A DNA stretch of 64,000 nucleotides from Crocinitomicaceae bacterium (GTDB taxonomy: Bacteria > Bacteroidota > Bacteroidia > Flavobacteriales_D > Crocinitomicaceae): assembly GCA_033791225.1 (NCBI GenBank), contig JASJHD010000008.1, positions 189,814-253,813 of the forward strand. Direction: 5' to 3'. The notes under the pieces are model-generated. The model was not told the origin of the DNA. It was given only the letters and a program-made list of their open reading frames with translations, and made no database searches. Below are positions 20,072 through 28,723 of this stretch, one piece after another. The position numbers were made by a program, and so were the translations under genes. Each line of letters starts with the position of its first letter. Positions within the stretch are counted from its first letter, which is position 1.

Positions 20072-20878
20072 ATGCTTAAAAGTCCTGTTTATTTAGTTCC
20101 ATTTGATTTTACTCCTATCACTGAAAACGCATTGCGAATAGGGCTTGATTTTGCTGCCTCGAATGATGGGTGTGTTTTTCTTCTACATGTTGTAAAGACG
20201 GAATTAGAACGCAAGAAACAAAGCGAAGTATTAGATGCTTTCGTTAAAGGGCTCAGCCATGAAGATCAAAAGAGAATTGTTCCTAAATTATTGGTTGGAG
20301 ATCTCTACAAGGAAGTTGCCAAAGCTGGAGATATTCTAGGTGCTCCGTTAAGTATAATGGGAACACATGGAGCCAAAGGATTGCAGAAAATTTTTGGGAG
20401 CAATGCTGTCAAGATGATTTCCAAATCTCCAACACCATTTTTAGTAACGGTGAACGAAAAGCCGATCGCAAAAATTGAAACAATTGTAATGCCTTTTTCA
20501 TTTGTGAAGGAGAGCCTTCAAGTGCTGGATTGCGTTCGTTTCATTGCCAAAGAATTCAATGCTATGATTCACTTAGTAGGATATCATGATGACAAAGTTT
20601 GGTTAAAAGAGCTCTCCATAGAAAACCAACAAATTGCCCGAGATGTTCTTGCCAAGAGTGGCATTCCGTGTGAGATCGTCAATCTACCCAGAAAGAAATC
20701 CTATGAAGACGAGCTTTCTGACTATCTATTTAGCGTTCGCGCAGACTTGATAGCAACAACCTATTTCAAAAATGGAATTCTTCCTCCACCAAATACATTT
20801 GTGCAAGTGATGTTAGAAAACGATCATGAAATCCCTGTATTAACAGTCAATGCGGATGAATTGAACTTATCTATTTAA
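20072..20878 (+). CDS. Universal stress protein family (tandem Usp domains)
   Basis: The 268-aa protein has Usp-like features: an N-terminal beta strand (VPFDFTP) and the MGTHGAKGLQKIFGSNAVKMI ATP-loop-like motif. Confidence 0.75.
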   Translation: MLKSPVYLVPFDFTPITENALRIGLDFAASNDGCVFLLHVVKTELERKKQSEVLDAFVKGLSHEDQKRIVPKLLVGDLYKEVAKAGDILGAPLSIMGTHGAKGLQKIFGSNAVKMISKSPTPFLVTVNEKPIAKIETIVMPFSFVKESLQVLDCVRFIAKEFNAMIHLVGYHDDKVWLKELSIENQQIARDVLAKSGIPCEIVNLPRKKSYEDELSDYLFSVRADLIATTYFKNGILPPPNTFVQVMLENDHEIPVLTVNADELNLSI

Positions 20879-23391
20879 ATCTTAAACTTCCGATTTCTGT
20901 ATAAACTGGCTTCAACTTGATTGATCATTTTTTGCTGATCCAAATTTACTTCTAGAAATTCTTGAATGCGGTCGACCTCTTTTGCAGGAGCATCAACAAC
21001 ATCAGAATATGAAACCTTAAGCAATTGTATTCCAGGTTCTTTGTCACACCAATCGTCCAATTTTTTTAACTCTGCTTCGAACGATTGCTTTACACCCTCT
21101 TTTGGAGATGCTGTTCCTTTCTTCAACATTGTTTGTTGAGAAGCTAAAACTTCGTCCAAATCACGCGTCATAAAAACAACCTTGTAACGGAAATCACGCG
21201 GTAAGAACTTTAGTAATTGGGCAACAACCTTAAGCACCTTTCCTTCTGCTTCATCTAACCAATCACTGTTTTTATGAAGTCCTTTAGTTTTCTCATATTC
21301 AAAATAGCCTTTCGGATTGCTTTCATCATCTTTTCTCACGCCATCAACAAGAGGAGTTATTCCCCCTTCACTGAGCATTTGCATCATCATCGAAGTACCA
21401 GATCTAGGAAGTCCTGAAACAATTGTTATCTCAGGGAATTGTGACATCTCTCTAATCGTTTTGTGCTCCCCTTCCTGTTGATGGACAATATTCTCTTTGG
21501 CTATTGTCGCCTTTTTAATTTTTGGTTGAAGCGCTTCAGATGTGGCATATGCCTGTTTCGCACCCTCTAGGTCTCCCATTAATTCCAATGCTTCACCAAT
21601 AGTATAATGAGCGTCTGGAAAATACCGAACAAGTTCAATGCTTTTTAGTGAATGATCCAATGACTCCTCTGGTTGTTTCAACCGTAAATAGGCAACAGAC
21701 AATGCATGCTGATATTTAGCGCTTTCTGGATTAATTTCAATCGCCTTCTTTAGATGAACGAGTGCTTTATCATATTCCTGTAATCGCATGAACAGTTTTC
21801 CTAATTCATGATGTGCTGTTCCTGCCATAGCAGGCCGTTTACTAACTTCCTCCAAAATCTGTCTTCCTTGCTTCACCAACCCTTCTCCAAATAGTATTTT
21901 GGCCTCGGCAAGCTTAGTTTTATTCAGTGACTTCGGTTCCAGTTTTCTCAATTGTGCGAGATAGGAACTGGCTTCTTTAAATTTCTTCTGAACGATACAA
22001 ATGTGGATAAGGTCCGTTAAAAATGGAGTGATATTTACATCCTCTTTTAATAATTCAAGCAGTATTTTCTCACTTTCCTCATAGTCACGCTTCCCTAGGT
22101 AAACCCTAGCCAAGTTGAAACGAAGATCGCATTTGGTCTGATGAATAGCTTTTTCAATGTTGGTGTCTGGCTTATCAATGTATCCCAATTCTATGAGTTG
22201 TTCCATTGCCGCTTGTTCACTCAAAGGATCGCTCGCAATTTCTTTTTGATGTACTGCAAAATCACCTTCCACGGTTTCCCAAGACTCTATAAATTTGCAT
22301 GAGTTCATAGAGTCAAATGCATCCGACATAGATCTCCCATCCATGTCTCTACCGACAGGTAAATCAAAGTAATTAAGAATAGTCGGGGCAATGTCTAAAA
22401 GTGTTGTCCCATAAATTGTCTGCCCCTTTTTAACACCTGGACCGTTCATGACAAACATTCCAAATTCTCTATGTTCTAATGCTGGTGCAGCATGTATATC
22501 AGGCATTACTAAGATCCTGTTTTGATCGGACACATAGCCATGGTCAGACATTACAATCACAAGTGTATCTTCTCCGGCAAGCTTTAATGTTCGTTCGAGC
22601 ATCATATCCTGAAACATATAAGCGCTATCTACGACAGACTTGTACATGTCGTATTGCTTCTGTGGAACAGCCGTCAATTTGGGAGGATGAAATTTCATAA
22701 ACCCATGGCAAAAATGATCAATCATGTCATAATAAATCCCCATGAAATCCCATTCACTATTTTCCATTGCCCATGTAGAGCATGCATGAATGGAGGCATT
22801 GTGCGCCATTATTTTGGAAAACCCCTTCAAACCTGATTGATCCTTTTCATCAATTTTAGCGGCATCAGGAATGAAAGGTAAAATGTGTGCTGCTGTAATC
22901 TCTTCTGGATGTACTCGTAAATCTTCAATCTTTTTTGTCAACGATGATGGGTGAACACTCCCTTTTGTCACAGGCCAAGGTTTACCAATACTTCCTATCG
23001 GCTTTGGAAACAAATCAGATACGATTACACCATCTATTGGCTCAGCTGGATGGCTTGGCCACCACCCAATCATATTGGATTTCATTCCCTGATTATGGAA
23101 AATATTCCATAGTGCTTTCACTTTTCGATGCGCAACCGTGACAGGTCGAACGAGTTGATTGTGCGTGTCTAATTCAATAAACCCGAGAATTCCATGCTTG
23201 TCAGGTGTCTTTCCTGTAGCAACGGATGTCCATAACATTGGCGAATATGGAGGGTTCATAGTACTAAGGTTCCCTCGTACACCACCCTTAATCAGTTTTT
23301 CAAGAGCTGGAAGCCTCCCAGCCTTAAGCAAAGGATCTATGATGTTCCAATCAGCTGCATCCCAGCCTATTAGTAGTACCTTTTTTTTCAT
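20875..23391 (-). CDS. Three-domain fusion: alkaline-phosphatase-superfamily phosphodiesterase/pyrophosphatase + TPR repeats + sulfotransferase
   Basis: The N-part (KVLLIGWDAADWNII...PPYSPMLWTSVATGK.PDKHGI...VMSDHG) is type I phosphodiesterase-like. The middle ~250 aa are TPR-like. The C-part has VSGLPRSGTSMMMQML (a PAPS 5'-phosphosulfate-binding loop) and FMTRDLDEVLASQ. Confidence 0.8.
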   Translation of the reverse strand: MKKKVLLIGWDAADWNIIDPLLKAGRLPALEKLIKGGVRGNLSTMNPPYSPMLWTSVATGKTPDKHGILGFIELDTHNQLVRPVTVAHRKVKALWNIFHNQGMKSNMIGWWPSHPAEPIDGVIVSDLFPKPIGSIGKPWPVTKGSVHPSSLTKKIEDLRVHPEEITAAHILPFIPDAAKIDEKDQSGLKGFSKIMAHNASIHACSTWAMENSEWDFMGIYYDMIDHFCHGFMKFHPPKLTAVPQKQYDMYKSVVDSAYMFQDMMLERTLKLAGEDTLVIVMSDHGYVSDQNRILVMPDIHAAPALEHREFGMFVMNGPGVKKGQTIYGTTLLDIAPTILNYFDLPVGRDMDGRSMSDAFDSMNSCKFIESWETVEGDFAVHQKEIASDPLSEQAAMEQLIELGYIDKPDTNIEKAIHQTKCDLRFNLARVYLGKRDYEESEKILLELLKEDVNITPFLTDLIHICIVQKKFKEASSYLAQLRKLEPKSLNKTKLAEAKILFGEGLVKQGRQILEEVSKRPAMAGTAHHELGKLFMRLQEYDKALVHLKKAIEINPESAKYQHALSVAYLRLKQPEESLDHSLKSIELVRYFPDAHYTIGEALELMGDLEGAKQAYATSEALQPKIKKATIAKENIVHQQEGEHKTIREMSQFPEITIVSGLPRSGTSMMMQMLSEGGITPLVDGVRKDDESNPKGYFEYEKTKGLHKNSDWLDEAEGKVLKVVAQLLKFLPRDFRYKVVFMTRDLDEVLASQQTMLKKGTASPKEGVKQSFEAELKKLDDWCDKEPGIQLLKVSYSDVVDAPAKEVDRIQEFLEVNLDQQKMINQVEASLYRNRKFKI

Positions 23392-23540
23392 TTTTCCGAC
23401 GCTTTCTTATTGGCTTTTTCTTCTTCCTTGACTTTTCTCCAAGCCCGAATACCACGGTCTCCCAGAGCCAATAGACCCAATGATCCACTAAGTGGAATAT
23501 CAAAGGGTACACCTTTCTTTTGTGAACTTTCTTGTTTCAT
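23388..23540 (-). CDS. Unlisted 50-codon ORF translationally coupled (ATGA) to the fusion enzyme
   Basis: Hand translation gives MKQESSQKKGVPFDIPLSGSLGLLALGDRGIRAWRKVKEEEKANKKASEK. Its TGA shares 3 nt with the ATG of the 838-aa gene. A -7 box (TATATTTG on the minus strand) lies 14 nt upstream of its ATG. It is below the 60-aa cut-off of the track. Confidence 0.45.
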   Translation of the reverse strand: MKQESSQKKGVPFDIPLSGSLGLLALGDRGIRAWRKVKEEEKANKKASEK

Positions 23541-23554
23541 GTGAAGAATATTTT

Positions 23555-23562
23555 CAAATATA
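23555..23562 (-). promoter_or_regulatory. Candidate -7 box (TATATTTG on minus strand) for the small ORF plus fusion-enzyme transcript
   Basis: The + strand reads CAAATATA, whose reverse complement is an exact TAnnTTTG match. Confidence 0.35.
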
Positions 23563-23574
23563 GAGCTTATTGCT

Positions 23575-23582
23575 TACTTTTG
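23575..23582 (+). promoter_or_regulatory. Candidate -7 box TACTTTTG for 23636 gene
   Basis: Exact TAnnTTTG match, 53 nt upstream of the ATG. Confidence 0.3.
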
Positions 23583-23635
23583 CGTGACTAAGAATACTAC
23601 TACCAAACCACTATTCTATATTCAAAATAATATCG

Positions 23636-25600
23636 ATGAAAAACGAAAAGAAAGACCTTAAAAAAAGGTTAGCAAAATATGGTATGTTAGCCGCTGCCAT
23701 TACAGGTGCAAATGAGGCTCAAGCAAACATTATTTATACTGACGAAAATCCCGATTTCTCTGGAGCAGTTGGAAGTCAGTATTTTCTTGATTTGAACAAT
23801 GATGCCATTGATGATTTTAGAATATGGCACAATGGAAGTAGTAATCTTTACATCTCGCCATTGACAGCATCCAATGAAGTATTGGGATCAGGTGGAGCAA
23901 CATTTGCTTATCCATTTGCGCTCTCTTCAGGAGCTGCTATTAGTTCAGGAGCTGGAACTTTTTTCAACAACGGATTTTCCGCAGGGTATCAGTCTTTGAA
24001 CTATGGTTCTTGTAGTTTTGGTAACTGGTGCAGTATAACTGATAAATTCATCGGTGTTCGATTTAACATCGGCGGGAACATTCATTATGGATGGGTTCGT
24101 TTAGATGTGAATGCAGCAGGATCAATTTGGACTGTAAAAGACTACGCATATGAAGATATTATCGGTAACAGCATTCCTGCAGGTTCAATGGGGTCGCCAG
24201 GATCGGCTTCTGCTGCTTCAGGAATTGTAGGGACAGATATCGCGGATAATAATAGTGGTCTTGATTTACAGATTGACTTTAACGCATCTGCAGATGAAAC
24301 TTCTATTAATGAGTATAGATTGATTGTAATTAAGTCTTCACTGGTTGGTACATTCGATCAAGTAGCGGCTGAAGCATTACCATTGGCAAATTACACGTCT
24401 ATTAGTCCTACAGCAAGTCCGACATATTCGACCGTGTTAACAGCACTTTCAGTTGACTCTGATGGAGATTTATTAATCATTAATCAGCCTTATAGAATAT
24501 ACATTCTAAATATGGCGGATGGCGTTGTAGCTACAACAAACTCTTTATCACCTGGTGGAACTGATGTAACGTTGAACATTATAGCGAATGCTGCTCAATC
24601 AATTGTAGGAACTGACATTAGCGATAATGCAAATGCTTCAGATATTCAGGTTGATTTCAATGCTGCTATATCGGAACTAGGAATAACGGAATACAGAGTT
24701 ATGGCTGTTAAAAGTGGTTCAGCTGGAACATTTAGTTTAGCCGCAGCACAAGCTGTTGCACCTACTGCCTATGAGCCTGTTACTCCAACTGGAGGTCCAT
24801 ATACACATGTTTTTAGCGCAGCAACAACCGATACTGATGGTGATGCTATCGCGTTATCACAGCCGTATACATTCTTCATCTTGAGCGTTTCAGATTTGAC
24901 CAATGTAAATATTGACAGTTTAAGCTATTCTGCGGCCGATCTTACTCTCGGTGCTACTGCTCAACTTGCTTCAGGAATTATTGGAACTGATATCGCTGAC
25001 AATGCAAATGGTTTAGACCTTCAGGTTGATTTCACCGAAGCTGGTAGCGAATTAGGAATCTTAGCATATAGAGTAATTGCAGTGAAAGAAAGTGCAGCTC
25101 TGGCATTCACCTTGAATGATGGTTTAGCATTGCCCGCTACGGCATTTATGTTCATCAACCCAATGCCTACAGGAAACCCTACTTATACAACTGTATTTGA
25201 AGCAACTAAAACGGATTCTGATGGAGATGCAATTGTTGAAAATCAACCATATACAATTTTTGTGTTGAGTTTTGCGGATGCAGTTGATGCAACTATGAGT
25301 TCTATGACGAGCTCTGCAAATACTGTGACATTGCTCAGCTACATAGGTCTCGACGAGATTAGTTTGGATGCAATTTCTGCATTTTCAAATGGTGAGCAAC
25401 TGGTGATTAATACACCGGAAGAACTGCTTGCTTCATCTATTGAGGTTTCTTTGGTGTCTATGCAAGGGCAAATACTGAAAACATTGAAATTGAATGACAC
25501 TTCAACGACAATGGAAACAAATGAACTTGTTAGTGGTGTGTACTTTGTACGATTCACAAACGAGACTGGGAGTGAAAAAACAATCAAGGTTTACTTGTAG
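23636..25600 (+). CDS. Secreted repeat protein with T9SS type-A C-terminal domain
   Basis: Signal peptide (LAKYGMLAAAITGANEAQA), an N-domain, three ~125-aa repeats, and the C-terminus SGVYFVRFTNETGSEKTIKVYL. Confidence 0.85.
   Translation: MKNEKKDLKKRLAKYGMLAAAITGANEAQANIIYTDENPDFSGAVGSQYFLDLNNDAIDDFRIWHNGSSNLYISPLTASNEVLGSGGATFAYPFALSSGAAISSGAGTFFNNGFSAGYQSLNYGSCSFGNWCSITDKFIGVRFNIGGNIHYGWVRLDVNAAGSIWTVKDYAYEDIIGNSIPAGSMGSPGSASAASGIVGTDIADNNSGLDLQIDFNASADETSINEYRLIVIKSSLVGTFDQVAAEALPLANYTSISPTASPTYSTVLTALSVDSDGDLLIINQPYRIYILNMADGVVATTNSLSPGGTDVTLNIIANAAQSIVGTDISDNANASDIQVDFNAAISELGITEYRVMAVKSGSAGTFSLAAAQAVAPTAYEPVTPTGGPYTHVFSAATTDTDGDAIALSQPYTFFILSVSDLTNVNIDSLSYSAADLTLGATAQLASGIIGTDIADNANGLDLQVDFTEAGSELGILAYRVIAVKESAALAFTLNDGLALPATAFMFINPMPTGNPTYTTVFEATKTDSDGDAIVENQPYTIFVLSFADAVDATMSSMTSSANTVTLLSYIGLDEISLDAISAFSNGEQLVINTPEELLASSIEVSLVSMQGQILKTLKLNDTSTTMETNELVSGVYFVRFTNETGSEKTIKVYL
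24215..25340. repeat. Three in-frame tandem repeats of ~375 bp (~125 aa)
   Basis: Each copy has the pattern G[IV][IV]GTDI[AS]DN.N..D[IL]Q[IV]DF......[EL]..I.EYR[LV][IM][AV][IV]K......F......A...Y..[IV].P........Y..VF.A...D.DGD.....QPY.I[FY][IV]L. Copy starts (at the [IV]-[IV]-G residues following the leading G) are near 24224, 24602 and 24977. Confidence 0.85.
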
Positions 25601-25679
25601 TATAAGTATTTAAAAATTAAATAATACAATGATGCCCTGTCTACTAACTATGGATATGCTTCATTAAAATTAAAATAGA

Positions 25680-28670
25680 ATGAAAAATAATTTACGATTA
25701 GCAGCAATGATCCTATTTGCAGTTTTTACAGCAAATGTATCTAACGCTCAAACTATAACAACCTTTCCATACGCGGAAGATTTTGAGTCCTTTGCGACTT
25801 GCGGAACTGGTTGTGGTGCCGTTTGTCCTCTTGTAGGAGGTACAAATGCCTGGTTCAATGACCTTGGAGATAATCTCGATTGGTCAGTAAACACCGGACC
25901 TACCTCTTCAGGAAATACAGGTCCATCTATCGATCTTAATCCTGGAACGGTTTCAGGGAAGTATTTGTATGTTGAAACTTCATGCAGTGGTACAGGATTT
26001 CCAAGTATGACTGCCAACTTGGAGTCACCTCAAATTGATCTGTCTGGTGCAAACGCAATGCAATTTCAATTTGGTTGGCATATGTACGGTTTAGATATGG
26101 GGACTGCCCATATAGATGTTAGTAATGATTTAGGTGTGACTTGGGTTACTGATGTGATTCCTTCTTGGACAGATGACCAGGATTTATGGCAACAAACTAC
26201 CGTGGATTTATCTGCTTGGAATGGGGATATAGTAATCGTTCGTATTCGCCATATTACTGGAGCAAATTTTACTAGTGACATGGCCGTCGATGATATTCTG
26301 ATTTACGACCTTATTCCAGATGACGCTGGGATAGCGACTTTTATCAATCCATCTTTCCCAACATGTACATTCAATGATTCAGTAGAAGTTGAGTTGCATA
26401 ACTACGGTACAGATCCTTTGACTTCGGTTGACATTGATTGGCTTTGGAATGCTACTCCAGGTACACAAGTAAACTGGACTGGTACTATGGCGCCAGGAGC
26501 TTCGGAAACGGTATACCTTGGAAGTGTTCCCTACGTAAATGGAGATGTTATTGTTGCTCAAACTAGCATGCCAAATGGTGTTCCTGAAATGCCTTCGGGA
26601 ATTGGAAATGACCAGTCAACGATCACAGTTAGTACCGGTTTAAGTGGTAGCTATACAGTTGGTGCTACAGGTGTTTACCCTACATTGAATGCTGCCGTTG
26701 CCGATCTAAATACGTTTGGTGTTTGTGGTCCAGTTATCTTTGATGTTGAAGACGGTATTTATAACGAGCAAATCACGTTGATGGAGGTGCTTGGAATGGA
26801 TGCGACAAATACTGTTACGTTCCAAGGATTGAATGCTGATCCAAGTTTAGCGACTCTAGAATTTGCTGGTACTGGTACTCCTGACAACTTTGTTGTTTGG
26901 ATGGACGGAGGTGATAATTACCACTTCAACAATCTTACCTTGTCAGCTACTGGAGTTACATACGGAACGGTTGTTCTTATGCAAAATGAAGCGACGAATA
27001 ACTCATGGAGCAATAACGTAATCAAAGGAGATGCGAACGTTTCATCAACTTCAACAAACATGGCACTTGTTTATTCTCCAACGGGAACTTCAATTGATTC
27101 AATGAATGTTTTTGATAACAATACTTTTGAATATGGATCATACGTAATGTATTCATATGGTAACAGTACAACTGATCTTGAAAGTGGTACACGAGTTACC
27201 AATAACACAATGACAGGTTTCTATTACCGTGGACTGCACATGTACTACCAAAATGATATGGAAATAAGTGGAAACACATTCACTCCTGGTCCAAACTACA
27301 CAGGTGCTGTCTATAGAGTTTACATGGTATATGCAGATGGTGCTTTAAGAGTAGACAACAACAGAATTCAAGGAATGAATTACGGGTATGGTATTTACAT
27401 GTCAAATTGTGATGCCTTAAACACGAATCGTGGTTACACTTATAATAACTTCATGCATGTAGGTGATACGGCAAGCACAAGTACTTCTTACGGCATATAT
27501 ATGACTGCTTGTAATAACCAAGTTATTACATTCAACAGTGTCAACTTGGAGTCAAATGGTACTACTTCGAGGTCTATTTATGTAACTGGTGGTAATCAAA
27601 ACTATATTTTAAACAACGCCTTTAGCAATAACGGACCTGGATATGGAATGTATTACGTTTCTGGCGTTACTGGTTCTGAGAATAATAATATTTACGTGCC
27701 AAATGGAATTCCATTCTACTCTGGTGGAGATATAATGGATATCAACTCATGGCAAGGGCTTACTTCTTTTGATTTGGCCTCTGATACTTTAGATCCATTG
27801 TTCATGTCATCTGAAGATTTACACACATGTCAAGACCTATCGCTAGATGGAGGAGCACTTCCTGACACATTAGTTCTTTATGATATTGATGGTCAAATGA
27901 GAGATTTGAATACACCAGATATAGGAGCAGATGAATTCCTAGGTTTAGCAAACATTTCATTCGGAGCGGACACATTGTTGAAATGTTCAGATACACCATT
28001 AGTACTTGGTGGATGGGAGCCAGCTTCAGATGTTATTTCTTATTTGTGGAATACAACAGAATCATTACCAACAATTGCTGTAACATCACCAGGACCGTAT
28101 AGTGTTACTTTAACAACTGCATGTGGTACGGCAAATGCCGGAGTTTATGTTGAAGAAATTCCAGATGCAGTTGCAGGTTTCGATTTGTTCGCATCTTTCT
28201 TAACTGCAGACTTGACGAACATGTCATCTGGTACGATTGATTCATTTGTTTGGGATTTTGGTGACGGTACATCGTCATCAACTGATCTGAATCCTACTCA
28301 CCTGTACCCAGACACAGGAGTGTATATCATTACACTTACAGTAACTGGACCTTGTGGATCGGATGTGTACGTAGATACAATGGGATCAAGCTTTGTTGGA
28401 ATCGAAGATTTACCTTTCTTCAACTCTTTGGAAGTGTATCCAAATCCTAACAAAGGAGAATTCGCAATTGACTTCGAACTTGAGCAAGGAGCAAATGTTT
28501 CTTTCAATCTTACGAACATGCAAGGAGCTAGCATTTGGAAATCTGAATTGGGTACTGTCAATGGAACACATTCAGAAGTTGTTCAATTGTCTGACCAATC
28601 TGCAGGAATTTACTTGCTTGAAATTACAATGAATGACCATGTGTCAACACGAAAGATAATTATAGAGTAA
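25680..28670 (+). CDS. MAM domain / right-handed beta-helix / PKD domain surface protein with T9SS type-A CTD
   Basis: The N-terminus shows a MAM signature (FEDFESF...DWSVNTGPTSSGNTGPSID...GKYLYVETS...DMAVDDILIYD). Long NN-rich beta-helix-like repeats follow, then a PKD motif (WDFGDGTSSS...HLYPDTGVYIITLTV) and the CTD VYPNPNKGEF...AGIYLLEITMNDH. Confidence 0.85.
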   Translation: MKNNLRLAAMILFAVFTANVSNAQTITTFPYAEDFESFATCGTGCGAVCPLVGGTNAWFNDLGDNLDWSVNTGPTSSGNTGPSIDLNPGTVSGKYLYVETSCSGTGFPSMTANLESPQIDLSGANAMQFQFGWHMYGLDMGTAHIDVSNDLGVTWVTDVIPSWTDDQDLWQQTTVDLSAWNGDIVIVRIRHITGANFTSDMAVDDILIYDLIPDDAGIATFINPSFPTCTFNDSVEVELHNYGTDPLTSVDIDWLWNATPGTQVNWTGTMAPGASETVYLGSVPYVNGDVIVAQTSMPNGVPEMPSGIGNDQSTITVSTGLSGSYTVGATGVYPTLNAAVADLNTFGVCGPVIFDVEDGIYNEQITLMEVLGMDATNTVTFQGLNADPSLATLEFAGTGTPDNFVVWMDGGDNYHFNNLTLSATGVTYGTVVLMQNEATNNSWSNNVIKGDANVSSTSTNMALVYSPTGTSIDSMNVFDNNTFEYGSYVMYSYGNSTTDLESGTRVTNNTMTGFYYRGLHMYYQNDMEISGNTFTPGPNYTGAVYRVYMVYADGALRVDNNRIQGMNYGYGIYMSNCDALNTNRGYTYNNFMHVGDTASTSTSYGIYMTACNNQVITFNSVNLESNGTTSRSIYVTGGNQNYILNNAFSNNGPGYGMYYVSGVTGSENNNIYVPNGIPFYSGGDIMDINSWQGLTSFDLASDTLDPLFMSSEDLHTCQDLSLDGGALPDTLVLYDIDGQMRDLNTPDIGADEFLGLANISFGADTLLKCSDTPLVLGGWEPASDVISYLWNTTESLPTIAVTSPGPYSVTLTTACGTANAGVYVEEIPDAVAGFDLFASFLTADLTNMSSGTIDSFVWDFGDGTSSSTDLNPTHLYPDTGVYIITLTVTGPCGSDVYVDTMGSSFVGIEDLPFFNSLEVYPNPNKGEFAIDFELEQGANVSFNLTNMQGASIWKSELGTVNGTHSEVVQLSDQSAGIYLLEITMNDHVSTRKIIIE

Positions 28671-28682
28671 AACACTATAGCC

Positions 28683-28722
28683 AAAAAAAGCCCCTGCCAA
28701 TTTTGGTAGGGGCTTTTTGTTT
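28683..28722. terminator. Bidirectional rho-independent terminator between convergent genes
   Basis: The sequence is AAAAAAAGCCCCTGCCAATTTTGGTAGGGGCTTTTTGTTTT. It forms an 11-bp stem (one G-U pair) flanked by an A-run and a T-run. Confidence 0.85.
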
Positions 28723-28723
28723 T

